Shown: positions 25,031 to 37,500 of the stretch, one piece after another
Layout of the letters: every line of letters starts with the position of its first letter
Position numbering within the stretch: the first letter of the stretch is position 1
From: Styela clava
Taxonomy: Eukaryota
Assembly: GCF_964204865.1 (NCBI RefSeq)
Contig: NC_135251.1
Coordinates: 10,416,001 to 10,480,000 of the forward strand
DNA: 64,000 bases
Reading direction: 5' to 3'
Notes under the pieces: model-generated
What the model was told of the DNA's origin: nothing
What the model saw: only the letters and a program-made list of their open reading frames with translations
Databases searched by the model: none
Position numbers and translations under genes: made by a program

Positions 25031-25504
25031 TTTCTATAATTTACGTTTTTCGAGCTCGCCGGTTTGTTTCAAAAGATTGAATTAACGAATACATGAAACT
25101 GTGTGCGACAAATGCAGCTCAGTTACCTCCAAAAGTCACGTGATTTTGTTGGTGTATGAATGCATTGATGCGTATATTTATGTGGAAGTTGGAGTTGAAA
25201 GAAAGAAGTTTCATTTTTTCGCAAAGGCAATCATGAATATCGTACGTAAGCATGAATTTGATTTGAATCGATATTGCATAAAACTGATTTGTATTTGCAA
25301 TTGAACAAATTAATTATATATCTCGCGTTTTTCCCGTCAAAATAAATTCTCAATTCTGTGAAAAACTTTCATTCAATTGAAATCTCCGGTCACTACTCAG
25401 TTCATGCTCCACATTTCCCAAAGAACCGGTACTGGTACGGTAACTGATTCTCTCGGAACCGTGTCTTATTCGTCTCCTCGTTCGAAGGGAAATAAACGGA
25501 TAAA
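25031..25504. promoter_or_regulatory. Shared (bidirectional) promoter region of LIPT2 and CPSF3
   Basis: Divergent ATGs only 474 bp apart; contains an E-box GTCACGTGA at ~25135-25143. Confidence 0.6.
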
Positions 25505-28500
25505 ATGGCGAATAGTGGACAGAAGACCGAAGAAACTGATTTATTAAAAATCACTCCGCTGTGAGTAATATACGACTCCATTTCTTCTATGTCTGACAAT
25601 GCATCTATGGAACCAATTTGAGATTTTTGTACTGGTTTTGCAATCTTCAGATGTTACACTTCAGCAATATGCTGTATTGTAAATGATAATTTTTTGTTCA
25701 ACATGATTCAATTTACAGATTTAGCGTTTTTTTTTTATAATTTCAGTGGGTCTGGTCAAGAAGTTGGGAGATCATGTCATTTGATGGAATATAAAGGAAA
25801 AAAGATTATGGTAGACTTTTATTAAGGATTTTATTTTTTGGTTGTTGAGCACTATTTAAAGTTTTCGTTCCATTTTTTTTTTTCAGCCAACAATTTATAA
25901 TACGATGGACATGATAGTAGGGCCTAGTTCCCAAATTCCAAGAATGTTTCGTCATTTGGTTCAATAAAACGAACACTCCATATGTCTCACAAATGAGGGT
26001 TGTCTGGCACGACGGCAGATGCGTCATATCGCGCCATGCTTGTCTCGATAATAATCTAAATTAATCGAGGGCCATCAAGTTACCAAAGTTGCCGTTTTTT
26101 GCTAAAAACTCTCGAATGCCATGGTAAAAATCGGATTATTTTTTCCCGATGAATTCAATGATTACGTTTATTAGATTGCGCTTCTCTTTAGTTTATCACG
26201 CAACTTCTTTTTACTGCATTTTTACCGACATTGAGGGACAACAATGTCCAAACGTCCCCAAAGGGAGGGGTGTCTGTTCGTCGCAAAATGGGATTCTCTG
26301 AAACGAGACAATGTCGCTCCATCTTCAAAGTGTGCTGTATTGCATGATGGTTTAGTGAGCAGAACTTTAGATCAACAATGTTGTTTGGTTTCCATACCCA
26401 TTCTCCTCCACCTTTTCTAAGGTATAGAATCCCATAATGGAGGATGATTGGGAGGGACTCCTGGGATTCCAAGAATAGTGACATCTTTGTGTATCAATGT
26501 CTGCATGCTTGGAGCCTTAGCTGTTTTGGTAGAAACTTGTGGAAACATCAGAAAATAGAATTCAATCTAGTTCAATTCTTTAGTAGAATCTAGTTCGAGT
26601 GGGAGTGGTGACTCCTCTACGGCCCATGGGTCGGGGCCGAGGCCCAATTCAATGCTATTCCCAATTCATCAGGCTATGGGCCGCGACCCATCGAGTTATG
26701 TAAAGGGACTATTCACTTGGCTAACACAGACAGTCTCCGAACTCATAATAGAACTATAATGTGAAAAATCTGAACAAAATTTTGTCCTAACCCTAGCCTG
26801 GTACACATACTACAGGAGTATCCTTTTCTGTAGTTTGGTATTATGCTTTATTTTTATATAAAGGCTTATCGTAAGAAAAAAATTTGGTGGCATCCCACGA
26901 TTTTTTTTTGTTTTGAATATTTACAATTTTGTAAAAAATTGAAAATTTTGGTAAGATAATTGAATTTTTCCTGATGGGGCCACGGCCCATAGCTTGATGG
27001 GCCACAGCTCATGTGGCCCAATTAGATGGGCCGTGGCTCCGGCCCATGGATCATAGAGGAGTCACCACCCCTGTAGTCTAGTTCAATCTGGTTCAATCTA
27101 GTTCAATTTTTTGGTAGAAACGTGTGGAAACATCAGAAAATATAATTCAATCTAGTTCCATTTTCATGCTCACCGCCTATTATTCATGAGTGTAATAAAT
27201 TGAGTATGCAATGGAACTGGGCCGAAAAGATTTTGGCCCATTCCAATAATAGTAGCCCATTCCGTAACAGCTTGTCTAGTGTCTGTTCTAATCTTCATTA
27301 CTAATACTTTTCATTTTATGCAGCTGGACTGTGGAATTCATCCAGGGATTAGTGGATTAGCAGGCCTTCCGTATCTTGATTTCTCTGATCCTGATAAAGT
27401 TGATTTATTGCTTGTTACACAGTAAGTAATTTTATTCTGAGTTGAATTTAAACCTAAGTCCTAAGAGAGAATTTAATGTCTTACCTTAGTATGTGGTTTA
27501 TTAAATCGGCAATAATTTCAAGTATATAAAGTCAAGTGGTTTCATCTTTCATTTAATTTGAAAAAGAGATAAGGCGTTTCAATATGGGATATACCAAGAA
27601 TTAAATTCAATATTTTTATTGTTTTAATTTGTCTCTTTTTTTTTGTGTGTCCTGGGGTAATATTACCTAGGTCATGGCCCCGTATGGGAGGCTTTAGCAC
27701 TCATGGCCCCCCTTGTTCACCATATCAAAAAACTATTATGTTTCATTATGTAGATCTATCAAACAAAGGGTAAAAAGACAAATGTGTTTAATAATAATGT
27801 ACAACCTATTACAAAAGTATTCAGGTAATGAAACTATGAAGAGCAAGGTATTTTCTTTTGAAGTGAAAAGTATGCAAACGAAATGTGATTGAAATCAATT
27901 TGTCATAATAGTATTGTGGCCTCCTATGACTACTCTGGGGCCCTCAGTTAGAAACCACTATTCTAGTCTAATATTATTGACAGAATCTTAACCTTTTTTT
28001 CCGTTTTATCCAGTTTTCATCTTGACCATTGTGGAGGTCTACCATGGTTTCTACAGAAAACTCCTTTCAAAGGACGAGTGTTCATGACTCATGCTACAAA
28101 AGCTATCTATAGATGGTTGCTTTCTGATTATATCAAAGTCAGGTAGGTTTGATCTTTTTATATTTATACTTCAAGGCAATAATATTTTGGATAACTTAAT
28201 TCTATTTTTCTGGTAAAACTATATCGGAAGAATGTGAGAATACTACATTTGCCAATTCTTGTTGTTTCTTTCGGTTTTGGTAATTACTGGAAATTTAAAA
28301 AAATTGAGAGAAAGCTGGATCATTTCTATCTCTGTGGCATGGAGGCAACCGTCATTCAACTCACTTTCAACTTTGTTGAAAGTTGTCCAAAAGTTTTGAA
28401 ATGTTTTAAAATTGCAAGCGGAATTTATCGATACCATATATTGTTTCGGCCCTCACAGATGTATTCAATGAAGTAAAAATAACTAAACAATTTCTGATTA

Positions 28501-31500
28501 AAAACAAACATACCTGGTTAAGATATATTGGGAACTGACTTCGTAACAAAATGGATATTGTAAAGAGATCTTATGGACACCCTGTTCTTTTTTGGACAAC
28601 TCATATTTAAAAACTAACTCATTATAAGATTAATGTGATCATGTATTTCCTTCAGTAACATATCGACAGAGAATCAACTCTACACAGAAAGTGATTTGGA
28701 AGAATCAATGTCAAGAATTGAAACCATTAATTTTCATGAAGAGAAAGTTGTTGAAGGAATTAAATTCTGGTGTTATCATGCAGGTAGAATTGGATGTGAA
28801 CTTGGAATGGTAGATGGAAGCCAAGTTTTTTTTACGCCCAATACTTTTTCTAGTATATTATGTTACTGACACAATAATGATAAGTAATGTTTTGTGTTCT
28901 GTCAGAATAATGGTTTATGTAAATGAATGAAAAAAAAAAAACTTTTAGGCTTTTAGCTGTCTGTAATCAAGATAAATTACCACTTCATCATATTGAGATG
29001 GTCTCGGAAGTTTTTCTGTTCAATAATTTATTACTATCTAAAAAAGTGTTGGGGACTTTGACCCATCTCTGTTTTTTATCCAAGATAGCCCGACAAACTT
29101 TCTCATCACTTTCACGTCTCTGCCGAATGCATGAAAGGGTATCTGCTTGAAATTGGATGTAAAACCAGTAATGGCATGCAGTTCAATTGTGGTTACTGCT
29201 CAGTTTTCATAAATGTGATCTTTATCATTTTGTAATATTAGAAAATGCAATTTAAAAATGAAATTATCACAGATGACTGCATAGCCATCTTCAACTTTAT
29301 TTCTCCATGACTCATTTATGTTGTAGAATTTTATTCAAAACATGAGTGATTGACTACCTAACTCCTAAGTGAGATTAACCATTTCTTCAGACTGAAATTA
29401 ACTTACATAATTCATATATTTCTCAGGTCATGTTCTTGGTGCTGCAATGTTTATGATTGAAATAGCTGGCGTGAAAGTTCTTTATACCGGTGATTTTTCG
29501 AGAGAAGAAGATAGACACTTGATGGCAGCAGAGATACCCGCTGTAAAACCAGACGTTTTAATTATGGTCAGTTCTGAATTATTTTTTACATATTTCGTTA
29601 TTGTCTGCAAAATTTGCTATCGATTGGACTTAAAAATGAAAGATTTACTCTGGTTTTCGCCCAAAGGCGAAGAACTACTACTATTACAATGGCTGATTAA
29701 AAACCAGTTTTCGAAATTCGGACAAACGAGTAGCCTATATTTGAAACAATGCGATGATAATAAAATCAAATTTAAAAATAGTGAGGACTTAACACAAATG
29801 GTCACCTCTTTAAGGCCATGCTTCCACATTTCTTGCCACTTATTTATTTGCAAATTAGTAAACTGTAGTTCTGTTTGAGTATCTTTTATGAAGATGTACT
29901 AAACTTACATCAGGAATCAACATATGGAACACATATACACGAACCACGAGAGGAAAGAGAAAGTCGGTTTACAGGGACAATCCATGATATTGTTAACAGA
30001 GGGGGTAGATGTCTCATACCTGTGTTTGCTTTGGGTAGAGCTCAAGAATTACTGCTTATTTTAGGTAAGTGGATGTCTTGCATATGCTGTGCTCCACCTT
30101 AGTGTCTAGATCAGGGGTCGGCAACCTACGGCCCGCGGAGCACTATAATCCGGCCCGCGACGGTTCACTAAATTATAGTAACAAAACATTAGTTTTGACG
30201 AATATATTCTTTAGACTAAATTACATTATAACCTAACAAATATACAATTCACAATTACTCATTTAATAAGCATATAATTTAATTATAATTAAGCAAATGG
30301 CAACAAAACACAGAAAAGTTAAGGCTAAGTGCAAAGGGTTCAATGGCGCTGAAAATATTAAAATGGAATTTCATAAGATGCAATGAGGAAATAAATTTAT
30401 ATTCTATTCGAGAGATGTATCGCTGCTTGATTTTTATTATAAAAAGTACCATCCGTTCGGTTTTTCAACTTTCTTGAAATATGTGCGGCCCGCCAATGAC
30501 TTACAACCTTTATTTTGGCTTGCGAGCGACAAAAGGTTGCCGACCCCTGGTCTAGATCTTCACCTCATGTCATGGTGTTTGCTATATTACACATAAATAC
30601 AGCAGGGGCGCACCCAGGTTTTTTAAAAGAATTCGAATAGAATTCGGTAAAATTCGAATTGAGAATTTCTGCGCAATGACAAAGTAGCCCTGTGAATATG
30701 GCACACCTTTCCGGTCCACCAAGAAATTTCACAGGGGGTTGCAATCCCCTGGCTGCACCACTGATTAGCCATTTAACAGGAAGCTTAGATATCTCTATTA
30801 ATGTCGGGTCTGTAAATCATCCCTATTGGATAGGAAGCGTAAGGTTCATATGGTTTTAAGAAATTGTGTTTCCGTATTTCTGTATAGAATTTTTGCTGAT
30901 TAATTTTGGTGAATTTGTGACCAACAAACAACATTATATTCCCAAGTTTTAGTCTATTTTTCCATCAGCTCAATTTCAAAAAATCTTCAGGAAATACTCT
31001 TTTAAATCATATCAAATATATCGTTTCTTTTTGGATCATTAAATACTCCATTTAGAATTTACTATCAATGCAGATGTACAACAATTACCAGTATTCTGGA
31101 AAAACCTGATTTTTCTTCTTTTTTCAGATGAGTACTGGTCTAATCATCCCGAACTTCACGACATTCCTATCTACTATGCATCAAGTCTTGCTAAGAAATG
31201 TATGGCAGTTTATCAAACCTATTCAAATGCAATGAATCACAAAATACAAAAACAACTCACAATTTCGAATCCATTTCAATTCAAACATATTTCCAATCTA
31301 AAGGTGAGTGTGTTAGTTCTTATTAATTTTAAATGTCTACAAACATCTTTGTCAGGGAAAGACAAAATTGTAATCTGGGATGTCAAAATGTAGCCCAAGA
31401 CAAGAGTAAGCTTCGCTTAACATGACCGTAACAAAGTTAATCTCTATTTTTCTTCAATGCGAAATTTAGTTTTCATAAATTCACATTGATTTGTATAAAT

Positions 31501-34500
31501 TGTGTTTTGAATATATTAAAAAATATTGTTTCAGAATATATTTGGAATAGCTATGTTTATTTTATTTTTCTCTTTTCACTCTGAACAAGACCATGTAAAA
31601 GCATTCACTAATATTTAACGATATGTAAGAAGCTTCTGTTTCAGGAGAGACTGGCGTATTGCCTACTCAGTTTATTACATCCTGAGTGAGATTATTTAGT
31701 TTTGTCCATAAATTGCATTACTAGGGGAAAATACAAATAACCTATACAACTAAATCTTCTTCATCTATCAAACATGGCCCAATTTGGAATATATCCAAAA
31801 TTTTTGTTTCAGAATTTATTCCCCATAGTACAAATTTTCCTTGTGGGCCCCATTTGTCTCGCGGGCGGCAGATTGCACACCTTGGTTTAAACCATTCTAA
31901 TAATCTTCTCTGTTTTAGGGAATGGAATATTTTGATGACGTTGGTCCCTCAGTAGTAATGGCATCACCTGGTATGATGCAGACTGGCTTATCTCGTGAAT
32001 TGTTTGAAACTTGGTGCACAGATAGAAGGAATGGTGTTATTATTGCTGGTTATTGTGTTGAGGGGACTATGGCTAAGGTAGTATAAATATTGGTTGTACT
32101 ATTTCAGTGTGGCTAGATTTTCATATGTTAGTTCGCTCAGAGCAAGGTAATGAACCTTTTTCCAAAATTATAAAAGAACCACAAGCCAACACCTGGCCAT
32201 TATAAACTATTTGTAAATTTGCTCTTCTGTGGCGAATATGTCAGTAAATTGTGGCTGACACATGTGGCTTGAAACAATCCAATTCAATATTTTCAGGTTG
32301 GTACCTATGATGTGAAAGAAAACTTTGCATATACTGGTTCATTCGATAAATGCAAATCTTATTTTAAATCGTCCACAAGACTACAGTATTGTCAGATAAT
32401 GATCACAATCACAGGCATTCCATCAATTAGTATTTATGCGTTTATTACCGTTATACATAAGGACAGTTTCTATAGCTTGCAAGTTTGCAATAACATCTTA
32501 GTTAGGCTGTACTGTTGTATTAATATCACTGTCACCTAACATTGTCCGTCTATTTTTTCTGATATAAGTTTTTTGTTCTCTATTCAGCATGTTCTATCAG
32601 AACCAGACGAAGTACAGACAATGCAAGGACAGAAGATCCCATTGAAAATGTCCGTTGACTACATCTCGTTCTCTGCTCATGCTGACTATAGACAAGTTTC
32701 TGAATTTGTGCGAACAATCAAGCCTCCACATATAGTAGGTTCATCTTATTTCATTATATGATTGCTACTCCATGTTTTTTTCATTTTTTTTTGGATAGCC
32801 AATTCGAATATAATATTGGAATATCACGACCTTCCAATATTTTGTTGGGGCTCCCAAAGTATGCGAACCAAGATGGCGGACATCGGAATGTAATATGTGT
32901 ACTAGGTTAGAGTTAGGCCATAATTTTAGGTATAAATACTACGGGAGGCTCTTGGCTAGTCTTCGAACTGATAATAGGACTAAAATAAGGAAAATTGGAA
33001 AAAAATTATCGCCTAACCCTAACCTGTTACCCATGTTACGTTCCGATGTCCGCCATCTTGGTTCGCATACTTCGGGAGCACCATTTTTTTTTGTAAATTT
33101 ATAGCGATTTGTACAAATTTGTCTTGACACCTATTATTTGAAATCATCATGCCGTTAGATTGAGTCGTCTTTCACTTTCCTCTCCGTCAGGACTAATTTG
33201 AAAAACCTAATCCAAAGCTTGCTTATCTTACACTCCTTATACCCAGGTACTTGTTCATGGTGAAGCAAATGAAATGGGCAGATTGAAAGCAGCATTGAAC
33301 AGAGAATATGAAGATGATTTAGAAACTTCTATCAAAATACATAATCCTAAGAATACGGAATCCGTGCAATTGTATTTCAGGTAGATTGTTGCCGTCTAAA
33401 ATGAGAAGTGTTCCCAAATTTTGATATTCATAAACTATTTTCAATGCCAATTGATTGTATTTAAATGTAATCAGAGATCAATATATTAGAATGTATTGAA
33501 GAGGGTATTCTATTCCAGGGTTTCCCCCAACTTTTTGGGCCTTGGACCCCTATTTTAGAATCATAGTTTTGACGGACCCCATTCTATGCTGTATCCATTT
33601 CTGTGCCTAATCAAAGAGGAAGGATAATGTTTTATTCACAACAACAACCTAAATATAATGTGCGAAACACCCATCCCTGCCATATTTGATACTATTTCTT
33701 CTAGAAAATAAAATAATAATTTACACTCACATAAAATTTATTATTTTTTTTTCATGTTCCAGAGGTGAAAAAATGGCTAAAGTTATGGGAAGTCTGGCGA
33801 TGAAGAGACCCAAACATGGAGACAAATTATCTGGAATTCTTGTCAAAAGAAATTTCAATTATCATATACTTGCACCACAAGATTTGTCAGGTAAAGATCC
33901 ATGAATTTATACAGAGAGTTAATCTTTGAATTAATCAGAAATTCTTGAGCAGAGACATCCAAAAGATTTATTTACATAATAATTTTCTGAAGAGTTGACT
34001 CCACAATTGCACGTTTCTTTGATATGTGAGATCTTTTTGAGTAAAATCCCACTTTTCGAGAACAGTTTTATCAATCATCATTGTAACTTCTACATTGATG
34101 GTTGAAAAGAGTCACTAGTACTGAGTTTGGCTGAGACTGTCGATTCTGATATGAATTCGACGCTGATATTGAATTCAGTGGTAGAGTTATATTTTCTTTC
34201 AGAATTGAAAATCTGAGGCATATTTCAGAATTCTAGAAAATTCTCAATCAAGACATCTTAATTTTTGTTTTTTTGTTCTTGGGAAAAGGAAGTTTATAAG
34301 TCGGCTCAATCATATGGTGAACCACGGCCTCTTGTGTGGTTCCCAATCCGTGTCAGTTTGGGGATCAATTATCTGTTTTTGATGCATGAATTTATGTTAT
34401 CATCATTTCTCATTTTTAGCCCACACGAATCTGGCAACCTCAGTTCTGACACAAAGACAAACAGTTGCATTTTCTGCTCCTCTGTCTATGTTACAATATT

Positions 34501-37500
34501 ATTTATATCAACTCTCAAACGATGTAACAGCTGTCAAACTACAAAACGGGAAAGATTGTTTGAGGATTTTCGATGCCATTACAATCGTCAAAGAACCTAA
34601 TATGTTGGTTTTAGAGGTAAGGATGGCTGTATAGAGAAGTATTCGTCTAGTTTGGCAATTGGAACACTTCTTCAGGAACGCTTTCTGATTTTGCGCCTCT
34701 AATTACCCTAGATCAGGGTGGTCCAAGGTTGTGGGCTCCATGGGCCACAAAATTATTTTGGCATTGGTCGCGGGTAGGGCTGTCCAAGCGAACCAAATAT
34801 TCGAAATCGAATCGAATCGCAAATTATTCGAATCGTTTTTCGGCTAATTTCCGAATCACTAAAATTAGTTACAAAAAGCGGAAGAAACCACCTTTGCAGG
34901 ACGTTTTTCGAGCTTAGACCACTCTCGCTCCCGGCTTAATTGGTTTCCCGATATTTCTCTCGCCTTCATTTTGTGATAAACATTTACTCCTAATGCCCAC
35001 CCGGTGGCACGTGATCAGCCATTTCATGCATGGTCATCATAACTTAAAAGTTAAAATCGGTAATGACGTTTTTAAGAGAGTACACCATTTCATGCATGGT
35101 CATAATAACTTAAAAGTTATAATCTGTAATGACGTTTTTGAGAGAGTACACAAGGAGAAAAAAGGGCAAATTAGAAAACGATAGTTCTATAAATAGAATC
35201 GATTTGAAGCTGTTGAGTTAGTTATCATAAGAACAGTCATTAGACACTGATAGTCAGCTAAACAACATTCCAATATGGTCGAGTTAAATATAATTTCCTT
35301 GAACGCCAATGGCCTCGAACACCATCTAGCGGAAATGACGGCTTTCATTGAGCACGAAAAGCCAAATGTTGTTTGCGTCCAAGAAGCGCACCGTCTAAAT
35401 AAAGCCAGGATTACGCATTGGGCTAACCGACTCGGTTTCAATGCTTATTTTAACACCCTGGATAGGGACGAAAAGCATCACGCCTACTTTTGGCAAGGAA
35501 CAATTATAATGGTCAAATTAGAAAACACCCAAACACCGTCCAGTTATACCATACATATTAGGCATCGCTGCGACAGTATAGAGGTTCAGATAGACGAACA
35601 AAATATAAAAATATTTAATGTCTACGCCCCGGCGCAGAACGGACCCAAAAAAACCGAATTTTATGAAAACCTTGTGTATATTCTGACCAATTACTGTGAC
35701 ACAGGAAATATAATAATAGCCGGAGACTTTAATATGGTACTAGAACCCATTGATGTGTATGATACCAAAAATTTCAAACTACGACCGCCTGAAAAAATCT
35801 TCTGTCGCTTTTTACAAATCAACAATATCTTGGACACCTATAGAGACAAATTCCCCAATAAACAAATTTATACCTATCAATCTGGCACCCAGAGACGTAG
35901 AATCGATAGAATATACTCTTCCTTTGACTTATATAGTACTATCTCAACCATTACTCATACGATAAACACAATATCAGACCACCTGTTATGCCCGCAGATT
36001 AAGCTCAAGCAAGCAAAGAAAATCCGGTGGGGAAAAGGAACCTGGCGAAATAACACCATACTCTACGAGGATAAGACCTATATCGAAGTTGTAAGACATT
36101 CATATAATTTGGCCCTTCTCGATCTAGAAAATAACGTTTCGATATTGGACTGGTGGGATAGTACCAAACAAAAAATAAAGAAAGTCACGGTCGCCTATTC
36201 AAAAAACCTAGCTAAAACCAAAAAGAACAATACTTTCAAACTGCGCCAAAAATTAAATAAACTCATAAATGAAGGAATTAAAGAAAACGCACTTACGATC
36301 CAAAACTTGAAAGTAGAACTGAATGTCATACTAGACGAACGGAAGAGCTTAGATGTGGTGATGGCTAGAATGAAAAATCTGGAAGACGGCGAAAAACCCA
36401 CCCGAACCTTTTACAAACGGATCAGAAAGAGGGTGAAACAGACCACCATTGAAAGCGTTAAAGACCGTAATGATTGTTTAGTCACGAGTGAAAAGGGAGT
36501 TTTAGCAACCATAGAAGATTTCTATGCGAGGCTATGGGGAATCGGATCAGAAACCGAAAAAAGAAATCAAGATCATTATCTCGACCTTATGAGCTCCAGT
36601 ATAATACCAGAGCTAGAGAAATCCGTCATAGAACAACGCGTAACCTCAGAAGAAATTTATAACGCTTTAAAATATATGAAAAATAATAAGTCGCCAGGCA
36701 TGGATGGTTTGAGTAGAGAATTCTACATAACTTTCTGGGACACGATCAAACCACAGTTTACGCAGTTAGTTAATAATATTATGACATTCGGACATTTTCC
36801 CAAATCCTCTAAATTGGCCAAAGTTAAATTAATATACAAAAAAGGTGAAGAAACAGAATTAAAAAATTGGCGCCCAATAACCACACTCAATATGGACTAC
36901 AAAATCATATCAAAAATACTCGTCAAAAGACTGGAACCAGCTCTAGCTCACATCATTAGTTCGTCGCAAAAATGTTCTCTACCACATAGGGACATGTCAG
37001 ACGTCTATTATAACAAGGACGCAATAATTCGGTTCTGTAAATCCAAAAATATACCCGCAACGATGGTACTCATCGACAATTTAAAGGCTTTCCACAATGT
37101 TGATCACAAATTTCTTTTCGGCATTTTGGACAAAATAGGGATCGGAAACCGGTTTCTGAGCGTTATTAAAAACATGTATCTAGAAAATAAAAGCTGTATT
37201 GATGTAAACGGGAAATTGACTCAGGAAATTAGGATTGGACGCGGAATAAAACAGGGCTGCCCTTTAAGCATGCTCCTGTATGCACTTAGCGTGGAACCGT
37301 TAGCCAGGTCGGTTCAAATCAACCAAAACATACGCGGTATAAAACTGGCAAAACAGGAGCACAAACTCGATCAATATGCAGATGACGTAACCTTTACTGT
37401 TTCGAACCAACCATCCATTACTGAAATTTTCCACGAACTTCACAATTTCGAACTAGCCTCAGGACAAAAAATTAACAAAGAAAAAACCCAAATTTTGTGT

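Noticed and set aside
26188-26515. Coding-like minus-strand patch in CPSF3 intron 2
   Set aside because: Short frames interrupted by stops, with no recognisable domain.
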